Under the pieces are notes generated by a model. That model saw only the letters and a program-made list of their open reading frames with translations, was not told the DNA's origin and did not search any database. Shown one piece after another: positions 55,744 to 62,968 of a stretch of 64,000 bases of DNA. Origin of the DNA: an uncultured Gammaproteobacteria bacterium (lineage in GTDB: Bacteria > Patescibacteriota > Patescibacteriia > SG8-24); the NCBI GenBank assembly GCA_964407925.1, contig CAYOXM010000003.1:5023-69022 (forward strand), read 5' to 3'. Positions within the stretch are counted from its first letter, which is position 1; each line of letters begins with the position of its first letter. Position numbers and translations under genes: made by a program.

Positions 55744-56859
55744 ATGGCGAAAGACAAGTCGAAAAAAAAGACGCCCGTCGAGGACGAGCCCGAGTACGAG
55801 CGCCGCTGGGTGGTCAGGTCGATCGACCCCGACATCCGCCGCGCACCTTCGCAGCTCATTGAGCAGGGGTACTTCGACCGGACGCGCGACCTGCGCATCC
55901 GCATCATCGACGGCAAGATGTCGATCCTCGCCTGCAAGCTGGGCCGAGGCAGGGCACGGACGGAACGGCCGAAACGCACGCCGCTGTCGGTCGGGCGGTT
56001 CCTGCTCGAGTCGACGCCGTACGTGGTACGCAAACGCCGCCACGTCCGGGACGGCTGGGAAATCGATTTCTTCGAGGGACCGCTCGCGGGCCTCGTCATC
56101 GCCGAAATCGAAAAAAGGTCGCTCGCCGCGCTCGAAAAGGTGACGCTGCCGCCGTGGATTCACGACGCGGTCGAGGTGACGGAGACGCTGTCGAACCGCC
56201 TGCTCGCGCGCGTCGCCTACGACCTCGCCGGCGAGGAAGGCCCCGACCGCCCCATCCGCGAATTCCTGCCGAAGCGCGTCCCGAGCGTCGTGCTCACGGG
56301 CGGACCCTGCTCCGGCAAAAGCACGCTGATGGCCCTCTTCCGTCAGGAATACGGCGGCATCCTGCATTGCGTTCCGGAAACCGCGACCATCGTCATCGAC
56401 CAGGTCGGCGCGAAGCCGCCCGTCAACGACCCCGAGGGAATGCGGACGTTCCAGCGCGTCATCTACCGCGTGCAGAACAGCTTCGAGAAGGTCGCACACC
56501 GGCAGGCGTTCAAGGACGGCAAGAAGGCGCTCCTGCTCGACCGCGGGACCGCCGACGCCGCTGCCTACATGACAAAGGGCGTCGCCGATCTCGAACGCGT
56601 CTGCGAGACGAGGATGGACGACGAGTACGCGCGCTATGACGGCGTCATCTGCCTCGACGTTCCGCCGAAGGACGTCTACGACGCCAACAAGGCGAACAAC
56701 CCGGCGCGATCGGAAACGCACGCGCAGGCGGCGAAGCTCGGCGACCGCATCGTGAGCGCATGGGGAGACCATCCCCGCTTCCGCTTCATCCGCGGCAGCT
56801 GGGAAGAGAAGGTCGCCGGCGCCCGCGCGGCGCTCGAGGAAATCGTCGGCATCCGCTGA
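55744..56859 (+). CDS. CYTH-like (triphosphate tunnel) domain fused to a P-loop ATPase (AAA_28-like)
   Basis: N-terminus EPEYERRWVV is ExExK-like. Walker A motif VVLTGGPCSGKSTL. GGAGG Shine-Dalgarno. Confidence 0.5.
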   Translation: MAKDKSKKKTPVEDEPEYERRWVVRSIDPDIRRAPSQLIEQGYFDRTRDLRIRIIDGKMSILACKLGRGRARTERPKRTPLSVGRFLLESTPYVVRKRRHVRDGWEIDFFEGPLAGLVIAEIEKRSLAALEKVTLPPWIHDAVEVTETLSNRLLARVAYDLAGEEGPDRPIREFLPKRVPSVVLTGGPCSGKSTLMALFRQEYGGILHCVPETATIVIDQVGAKPPVNDPEGMRTFQRVIYRVQNSFEKVAHRQAFKDGKKALLLDRGTADAAAYMTKGVADLERVCETRMDDEYARYDGVICLDVPPKDVYDANKANNPARSETHAQAAKLGDRIVSAWGDHPRFRFIRGSWEEKVAGARAALEEIVGIR

Positions 56860-56861
56860 CC

Positions 56862-56890
56862 AGGCCCCGCTTCCCGCGGGGTTTTTCTTT
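56862..56890 (+). terminator. CCCCGC-TTCC-GCGGGG followed by T5
   Basis: Read directly from the sequence. Confidence 0.5.
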
Positions 56891-56962
56891 ATGTCCGAAC
56901 GTTGACGAAAGGCGCGCCGGCGCGTTCAATGGGGGCTCACGTCCTTTTCCCAGGAGGCAAAG

Positions 56963-57562
56963 ATGCACGAATTGCATAACGACCTTGACCGGTTGCTCGG
57001 ACGGAAGTACCGCAAACGCGCCGAGCGCGACACGGCGATGCTGCCGCTCCTGCCGCTCTACGCGGCGCTGACGGACGGCGAATTCCGCCTGGTTTCCGCG
57101 TCAGCAGTCGACGCGCATGACGCCGGCCTGGCGATCGCGCTCGCCACGGGAATCCGCGACGCCGCGGTCGAGCTCGTCACGGCAGTCGCCGCAGAAGACG
57201 CGCTCGCCGCCGGTCTCGCCACCTCGCGTCTCGGCGACACGCTCCGCGACCGGCTCTGGACCGGACTGCAGCCGGTCCTCGGCGAGAGCGTCGCCGAGGA
57301 CCTCGACCGGCACGTCGACCTCTTCGACGGCCTGCTCGAAGAAGCGGTCGCGGAACGCATCCCCGACGCCTTCAGGGGCAGAAAGTACGTCGACGTGCTC
57401 TACGGCATCCGCATGGCCGTCCGCGTCTACCTCGGACGCTCACTCGCTGCCGACGACTCGTCGGCACGACGCCTCGTCCCGCTGCTCCGCCTGATCACCG
57501 GCACCCTGCCGCTCGGCGAGACGACGTCGCCACCCTGCCGCTGGATCCTGCTCGCGGCCTGA
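56963..57562 (+). CDS. hypothetical protein
   Basis: AGGAGG precedes the ATG. No motif recognised. Confidence 0.4.
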   Translation: MHELHNDLDRLLGRKYRKRAERDTAMLPLLPLYAALTDGEFRLVSASAVDAHDAGLAIALATGIRDAAVELVTAVAAEDALAAGLATSRLGDTLRDRLWTGLQPVLGESVAEDLDRHVDLFDGLLEEAVAERIPDAFRGRKYVDVLYGIRMAVRVYLGRSLAADDSSARRLVPLLRLITGTLPLGETTSPPCRWILLAA

Positions 57563-57564
57563 AT

Positions 57565-57597
57565 GCCGCCCCCTTGCTCGGGGGCGGTTTTTTTAAA
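57565..57597 (+). terminator. GCCGCCCCC-TTGCTC-GGGGGCGGT followed by T8
   Basis: Read directly from the sequence. Confidence 0.6.
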
Positions 57598-57658
57598 AAA
57601 AGCCCGCCACGACGAACTTTACTAAAAACGGCGTTCCCGTCCGACGGCAAAAAAAATC

Positions 57659-57685
57659 CGTCCCGCGAGCGTGCGGGACGGCGTA
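57659..57685 (-). terminator. CCGTCCCGC-ACGCTC-GCGGGACGG followed by T8 on the minus strand, 3' of the Ubl gene
   Basis: Read directly from the sequence. Confidence 0.5.
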
Positions 57686-57700
57686 GCATGCGGTTCCGTC

Positions 57701-57961
57701 TCAGGAACCTTGCGGTCGCTCGGCGATGCCGATCTTGTCGCCGGCCTTGAGGCTGACGCCGTAGTCGGTCGCCGGCGTGCCGTTGACGGTGATGTCCTTA
57801 CGGTCCGGCGTGACGCCGCAGGCCTGGAGCGCGCCCTCGAGGGTCGCGCACTGGGCGAGGTCGAGCGTCTTCTCGGTCGGAGACCCCTGGGTGGGAGTGA
57901 CGGTGACGGTCACCGTGCCGGCAGCCTTCTTGGTCCTCGAACTGCGATTCTTCTTGCTCAT
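57701..57961 (-). CDS. small ubiquitin-like beta-grasp protein (MoaD/ThiS-like) with a Lys/Arg-rich N-terminal tail, ending QGS
   Basis: GGAGGA lies 7 nt upstream of the ATG. TVTVTVTP...ITVNG...LKAGDKIGIAE has a beta-grasp-like pattern. The gene starts 19 nt after the E1 gene stop. Confidence 0.45.
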   Translation of the reverse strand: MSKKNRSSRTKKAAGTVTVTVTPTQGSPTEKTLDLAQCATLEGALQACGVTPDRKDITVNGTPATDYGVSLKAGDKIGIAERPQGS

Positions 57962-57980
57962 GGAACGTTCCTCCGTGGCA

Positions 57981-58637
57981 CTAGGCCGTTACCTGCTTGA
58001 GGTCGCGGACCAACTTCTTGTAGTGCCGCTCCTTTCTACCGTTCGACCACCAGTTCGTCAAGTTGGCGTTGACCGCGGCGGCGGCGACCGCGGCGACGTG
58101 GTAGATGCCGTGATAGCCGCACATCGGCTTCACGGCCTCGTCGTATCCGTAGCGGAGAAAGTACTCGTAGTACGCGATGTCGTCGGGGTCCGACGGGTTC
58201 ACCGCGAACACCGAGACGTACTCCGAGGCGATGCGCGTGTCGATCAGGATGTCGACGAGGCTGGCCTTCGCCGTCTCCCAGATCTTCTTGCGCGCCTCCA
58301 TCCGGTCGACGCAGGCGACGACGGCGCCGCGGAGCGGTTCGCCGGCGTACATCCGCGGGACTGGCGTAATCGTCACGCCCGCCTGCTCGGCGACGATGTC
58401 GGCGAGCGCGCGCACCTTCACGACCCCGAGGTCCTTCAGGCGGTAGGCGCTCACCGGGATGTTGTGGCTCTCGATGTCGTCGCCGTCCCAGACCGTGAGG
58501 TCCGTGACGCCGATCTTCGCGAGTGCCACCGCCACCTGGCTCCCGACGGAACCGGCGCCGATGAGCGTCACCGGCATGGCGTGGCTGGCCGTGAACAGCT
58601 CGTGCTGCTGGCCGTGGTTCATCGCCGTTCCGGTCAT
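57981..58637 (-). CDS. compact ThiF/MoeB/E1-like adenylyltransferase
   Basis: AAGGAGGAA Shine-Dalgarno. Motifs LIGAGSVGSQVAVALAKIGV (GxGxxGS), DGDDIESHNI and VVACVDRMEARKKI (CxD..xxxR). A translationally coupled ATGA overlap with the upstream gene. Confidence 0.7.
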   Translation of the reverse strand: MTGTAMNHGQQHELFTASHAMPVTLIGAGSVGSQVAVALAKIGVTDLTVWDGDDIESHNIPVSAYRLKDLGVVKVRALADIVAEQAGVTITPVPRMYAGEPLRGAVVACVDRMEARKKIWETAKASLVDILIDTRIASEYVSVFAVNPSDPDDIAYYEYFLRYGYDEAVKPMCGYHGIYHVAAVAAAAVNANLTNWWSNGRKERHYKKLVRDLKQVTA

Positions 58638-60175
58638 TGCATTCCTCCTTCTTTTTCCTTGACGGTGACGTCGACGGCGCGCCGGGACAGCGCGGCCGCT
58701 TCCTCGCCCGGATTCCGCTGCGAACGCAACGTATCGGGCGGCTTGTCGGGGTCGTGCGGTTCCGCCGCCGCGACCGTCGCGGGCGCGGGCGTCCCGACGG
58801 CGGCCTCCGGCCACTCCTCGATCTTCACGTTGGCGAGGATCGGCGTGTAGCCCTTGGCAAGCCAACGGATCACGAGCGTGACGGTGTCGAAGTAGCGGTG
58901 ATACGCCGCGTTCTTCGCGATCGCCTCGACCGCGTTGCCGAAGCAGGCATTGCCGTCGAGATGAATGTGGGGATGCGGCACGCGCCGCGGATGCTTCGTC
59001 TCCTCGCACCAGACCGAGACGCCGCCGACCGACGAGATGCGGATGACGTACCGCCCGAGGGCGTACCGTTTTCCGCCGTACTCCGCGTGGATGAGCTTCG
59101 TTTCCACGTGGACCCCGTTCTCGACGAGCGACACGCGCCGCACCTCGGGAATCCGTCGGATGGCGGCGAAGTCGCGCGGCGCGCGCTCGAGAGCCTCCTT
59201 CACGAACGGCGCGTCGTTGAAAGACGACAGCTGCGCCTCGAGCTCCCTTCTGAAGCGGAGCGCGTCGGCGAGCTGCTTTTGCAGGGTCTGGATCGTCCCG
59301 TCGTTCTTGACGATGGTCTTCTTGAGACCTCCGCCGACCGACGTGATCCACTCCTCGCTCGCCTTGACGAAAGCGTCGCGCGTCGCCGCGGGCGCGGCGT
59401 CGACGCCCTCCTTCAGCTGGCGATACCGTTCGTTCCACGAGAGCGCGAGCGTCCGCTGGAAAATCAGCGGGCTCGACGACTTGTGGAACGAGGACACCAT
59501 CGGCAGGAGGAAGTAGAAGTTCGCGCCGAGCACCTGCGCGACCGCGGTCTCCTTGTCCTTGAGGACCGTTCCCCGCCCCTTCGACGCCGTGCGCCGGAGG
59601 ACCGCGAGGTTGTCCTGATTGACCGAGACTCCGAACGCGACGGCGACGTACTCCGTGCCGAAGTCGCCCGGCGGACCGCCGTTCGAGAAGACGTGGATGG
59701 TCTTCCCGTCGTCGGCGTACGGGTCGCGGACGTGTCCGCCCCCATGGTGGAAGACGATCTCCGCGCCGACGAGGCGCGAGAGGAGCATCAGGGAAGGACG
59801 GTACGCGTTGCAGGCGGTTTCCCGCCGCACCATGTCGTCCTGGTCCTTGTTCTCCCTGTCCTCGTCCGCGAACGTGACCGTCCCCTTCCTGGGAAGGAGC
59901 ATCGGCACGCCGGCGAGATCGCCGATGGCGCAGAAGGACCATTCGAAGTCCTCCTCCTTTCGGCCGACGGCCTGGTAGAACGCCGCGAGCTCCGCGTCGC
60001 TCAGGCCGACCGTGCCGCGTCCGTTGACGCGGATGACGTCGATGACGAAGTCGCCGGCGACCGCCTTCTCGCGGCCGATCCGGAGCTTCTTGCGCCGAAG
60101 CGCCTTCCTCGCCGCCGACTCGACGGCGTACGCGGGAACGGCAAACGGGAGCGATGCCGATTTTTCGGGTTCCAT
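58634..60175 (-). CDS. 513-aa protein with unknown N-terminal region and a C-terminal UBC/E2-like domain
   Basis: GGAGG lies 5 nt upstream of the ATG at 60175. The C-terminal ...RYVIRISSVGGVSVWCEETKHPRRVPHPHIHLDGNACFGNAV... matches the E2 HPN-x(4-6)-G-x-[IA]-C-[LF] core. Confidence 0.5.
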   Translation of the reverse strand: MEPEKSASLPFAVPAYAVESAARKALRRKKLRIGREKAVAGDFVIDVIRVNGRGTVGLSDAELAAFYQAVGRKEEDFEWSFCAIGDLAGVPMLLPRKGTVTFADEDRENKDQDDMVRRETACNAYRPSLMLLSRLVGAEIVFHHGGGHVRDPYADDGKTIHVFSNGGPPGDFGTEYVAVAFGVSVNQDNLAVLRRTASKGRGTVLKDKETAVAQVLGANFYFLLPMVSSFHKSSSPLIFQRTLALSWNERYRQLKEGVDAAPAATRDAFVKASEEWITSVGGGLKKTIVKNDGTIQTLQKQLADALRFRRELEAQLSSFNDAPFVKEALERAPRDFAAIRRIPEVRRVSLVENGVHVETKLIHAEYGGKRYALGRYVIRISSVGGVSVWCEETKHPRRVPHPHIHLDGNACFGNAVEAIAKNAAYHRYFDTVTLVIRWLAKGYTPILANVKIEEWPEAAVGTPAPATVAAAEPHDPDKPPDTLRSQRNPGEEAAALSRRAVDVTVKEKEGGMQ

Positions 60176-60238
60176 CGTGCCTCCATGGTCGGTGGTGAAC
60201 GTCCGATCCCCCTTCGCCGAAGCTTGAGGGGACGGGCA

Positions 60239-60267
60239 AAAATAGCACGCGTCACGAACGCGGTCAA
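60239..60267 (-). promoter_or_regulatory. sigma70-like promoter of the E2-E1-Ubl operon: TTGACC -35, 17 nt spacer, TATTTT -10 (minus-strand sense)
   Basis: Read directly from the sequence. About 55 nt of 5'UTR follow, containing a small hairpin. Confidence 0.45.
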
Positions 60268-60281
60268 CTGCGTGCATGACG

Positions 60282-60310
60282 AAAAAACCGGCCCCGAAGG
60301 GGGCCGGCCG
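60282..60310 (-). terminator. CCGGCCCC-CTTC-GGGGCCGG followed by T6 on the minus strand, 3' of the EEP gene
   Basis: Read directly from the sequence. Confidence 0.5.
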
Positions 60311-60315
60311 CGGCG

Positions 60316-61524
60316 TCAGCGGTACGAAAGCCGCACGCGGATGCCATAGTGGTCGGACAGGTACGTGGTCGCGGAATTGCCCGCGGCGTCCGTGACGACG
60401 ATCGTCCGGTCGAAGAGGCGCTGCGTTTCGCACGCGACGACGCGGGGACCGGTCGGCGGGTTGCGCAGCAGCACGTGATCGATGAACTGGTTCATGCGGT
60501 TGTCGCGGAGAGCATTCTCCGCGCAGACGCTGCACATCGGCGGTTCGACGAACGCCGCGGGGCTTTCGAAGCCGAGACGGTTCGCGAGGAGCCAGACGTC
60601 GCGCGACATCGCGACGATATCGGGACCGTGCTCCTGGCCGAAGTTCATGTCGCCGAGAAAAACGACGGGACGTCCCGCGGAACGGAGCGCGAGGCGTTCC
60701 GACGCGAGCGCGATCTGTGCCGCCTGCTCCTCCTCCCAGGTCGCGTAGCCGGTATGCATCGGCGGGACGCGCTGGGGCGACGAGAGGTGAGTGCATGCGA
60801 CTTCGACGGGAGGACGACCGGGCACGTCCATCGACGCGATGAGCACGGGACGGTTCGCGCCGCTCGAGGGCAGCGCGAGCGTCTCGCGGTCATGGAGCGG
60901 GAACCGCGACAGCAGGATGAGGCCGTTCTGCCCGCCGTAGACGCGCGACGCGTGCCTCCCCTCGGTGCATGACGCCATGATGGCGTCGAGCGGCTTGCCG
61001 ACGCCGGCGGCAAGGCAGTTGAGGCACTGCTTATGGCGGAGGTACAGCCCGAGCAGGTCGGAACCGCATTCCGCCATGGCGCAGAGCGTCGCGTCCTCGC
61101 CGGCGTCCGCGCACTTCTGGCGCGAACATTCGGCGAGCGATCCGAGATCGTCCGCGTCGCAAGCGTCGGCCGGATCCTCCCCCGTCCCGGACGTATCCGA
61201 GAAGAAGGCATGCGGCAGGCGCGGCGCGAGCGCGTCGACGATGCGGCGCTTGTCCTCGGCGAGCCACGCTTCCTCGATGCAGACGACGTCGGCGTCGAGA
61301 TCGCGAAGCGCCTCAGCGACGGGCACGGCGCGCGGCGTGGCGAGGCGGTTCATGCCGGGGGCGAGCGCGACGTTCCACGTGACGGCGTTGAACGACGGGC
61401 TGGTCTCGCAGGTTCCCTCGGGCGGGGGCGGGGGCGGCGGAATCGGCGGCGGGGGCGGCGGCCGCATGTCGCTCGTGACGAGCAGTGCCGCGGCGAGCGC
61501 CAGCGCTACGATTTTCTTGTCCAT
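60316..61524 (-). CDS. endonuclease/exonuclease/phosphatase (EEP) family secreted protein with an N-terminal poly-proline tract
   Basis: Signal peptide, then PPPPPPIPPPPPPPEG. EEP motifs VVCIEEAW and SDHYG. It is the C-terminal part of track ORF 60316..62874. Confidence 0.65.
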   Translation of the reverse strand: MDKKIVALALAAALLVTSDMRPPPPPPIPPPPPPPEGTCETSPSFNAVTWNVALAPGMNRLATPRAVPVAEALRDLDADVVCIEEAWLAEDKRRIVDALAPRLPHAFFSDTSGTGEDPADACDADDLGSLAECSRQKCADAGEDATLCAMAECGSDLLGLYLRHKQCLNCLAAGVGKPLDAIMASCTEGRHASRVYGGQNGLILLSRFPLHDRETLALPSSGANRPVLIASMDVPGRPPVEVACTHLSSPQRVPPMHTGYATWEEEQAAQIALASERLALRSAGRPVVFLGDMNFGQEHGPDIVAMSRDVWLLANRLGFESPAAFVEPPMCSVCAENALRDNRMNQFIDHVLLRNPPTGPRVVACETQRLFDRTIVVTDAAGNSATTYLSDHYGIRVRLSYR

Positions 61525-61616
61525 CGGTCCCTCCGTCGCAATGCGAAAAAAAAGGGCTTTCCTGATGGTAACCCACGCTCGGGCAAAAGAAAAAGGCGCG
61601 GAAAACCGCGCCTGAG

Positions 61617-62822
61617 TCAAGGTACTTTGAGCCGGAATTTCACTCGGGTCCCGTAGTGGTCGGAAAGGTCGGTGAGTACCGTGCCGCCCGAGTACCCGAT
61701 GACGTTCACCGGGGCGTCGAACATCCGGTCCGCGCAGGCGGGAACGAGGTCCGTTCCGCCGACGGGGTCGCGCACGAGCACGTGGTCGATGAGGTTGCCC
61801 GCGCCGCCGGGCTTTCCGCGCAACGTGTTCTCGCCGCAGATGGTGCACCACGGCGACGGAATCGACGCCGCGGGACTGACGTATCCGTACTTCATCACGT
61901 CGCCCCAGACGGCGGGAGCCTCGGCATCGAGCGTGCCGACCTTCGGGCCCGTGTTGACGTCGCCGATGAGGAGCGTGGGACGCGTCCCCGCGCGCAGCCG
62001 CAGCCGATCGTCGATCATCTTCAGCTGAGCGCGCTGTTCCTCGATCCACGTCGCGTAGCCGGAGTGCGCGGGAGGAATCTGCGCGTCCGACGACAGGTGG
62101 GTGCAGGCCAGCTCGACCGGTTCGGTCGCGCCGGGCACCGCAATGCGCGCGAGGAGCGCCACGCGGTTCGCGCCGCTCGCCGGAAGATTGATCACTTCGC
62201 GGTCGATGAGCGGCCAGCGCGACGCCAGGATGACGCCGTTCCTGCCGCCCTGGATGCGCGACGCGCCGCCGTGCGTGCAGACGTCGGCGATGGCGAGCGA
62301 GGACTTCCCCGCCATGGCGGCGAGGCAGTTCACGCAGTTCTTGCCGTTCATGTAGACGGCGGCGAGCTCGAACGCGCACTTGTCCATCGCGCAGAGCGTC
62401 AGGCTCTCCGACGGCACGCCCTTGCACTGCGTGTCCGTGCAGGACAGCAGGAAGTCGACTTGGCTGCCGGAACAGGTATCCGTCCCGGTCTCGCCGAGCC
62501 CGGCGGTCTCCGTGACGAACACGTTCTGCGGGGGCAGGCCGAGCGCGGCGACGATCGCGTCCTGGTCGCGCTTGACCCATGCTTCCTGCAGACAGAGGAC
62601 GTCGTACTGCGTGCGTCCGAGCGCGGCCGCGACTTGCGGCGCACGCGGCGACGAGTACTCGATCATCCCCGGGCCGAGCCCGGTATTGAACGTGACCGCC
62701 GTGAGCGCGGCGTCGGTTCGGTCGCACGTCTGGCCGACCGTACCTTCGGGAACGAGCGGCTTCGGACCGTCGGCGCAAGAGGCGCCGATGAACAGGGTCG
62801 AAATGACGATGACAGCCATCGT
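61617..62822 (-). CDS. endonuclease/exonuclease/phosphatase (EEP) family secreted lipoprotein, paralog of 60316..61524
   Basis: Lipobox FIGASC. Motifs VLCLQEAW and SDHYG. Internal Met of track ORF 61617..62918. Confidence 0.65.
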   Translation of the reverse strand, partial: TMAVIVISTLFIGASCADGPKPLVPEGTVGQTCDRTDAALTAVTFNTGLGPGMIEYSSPRAPQVAAALGRTQYDVLCLQEAWVKRDQDAIVAALGLPPQNVFVTETAGLGETGTDTCSGSQVDFLLSCTDTQCKGVPSESLTLCAMDKCAFELAAVYMNGKNCVNCLAAMAGKSSLAIADVCTHGGASRIQGGRNGVILASRWPLIDREVINLPASGANRVALLARIAVPGATEPVELACTHLSSDAQIPPAHSGYATWIEEQRAQLKMIDDRLRLRAGTRPTLLIGDVNTGPKVGTLDAEAPAVWGDVMKYGYVSPAASIPSPWCTICGENTLRGKPGGAGNLIDHVLVRDPVGGTDLVPACADRMFDAPVNVIGYSGGTVLTDLSDHYGTRVKFRLKVP

Positions 62823-62924
62823 CCACAGGAAGGAGTGCTTCACGCCAACCTCCGTCGCATGAGACAGGGAACAAAAAAGGACTTTAACCGATGGTAGCCG
62901 ACGCCTGCGCAAAAGCAAACCTGC

Positions 62925-62965
62925 GGAGACGCGACGAAAAAAAACGAGGCCTTGCGGGCCCCGCT
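62925..62965 (-). terminator. GC-rich hairpin followed by T8 on the minus strand, 3' of the aldehyde dehydrogenase gene
   Basis: Read directly from the sequence. Confidence 0.45.
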
Positions 62966-62968
62966 CGG

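Noticed and set aside
57701-57961. Annotating the small beta-grasp protein as ThiS/MoaD sulfur carrier
   Set aside because: It lacks the C-terminal Gly-Gly (it ends QGS), it has a basic N-terminal tail, it is partnered with an E2-like protein, and no thiamin or molybdopterin genes are nearby.
57981-60796. 755-aa and 720-aa overlapping long ORFs as single proteins
   Set aside because: High-GC frames stay open. Shine-Dalgarno motifs and domain boundaries support separate E1-like (57981..58637) and E2-containing (58634..60175) genes.
60316-62874. 852-aa ORF as one giant protein
   Set aside because: Only its C-terminal 402 aa (signal peptide, poly-Pro, EEP motifs) look like a gene. The N-terminal part is antisense or read-through across the paralogous EEP gene, which is encoded in another frame.
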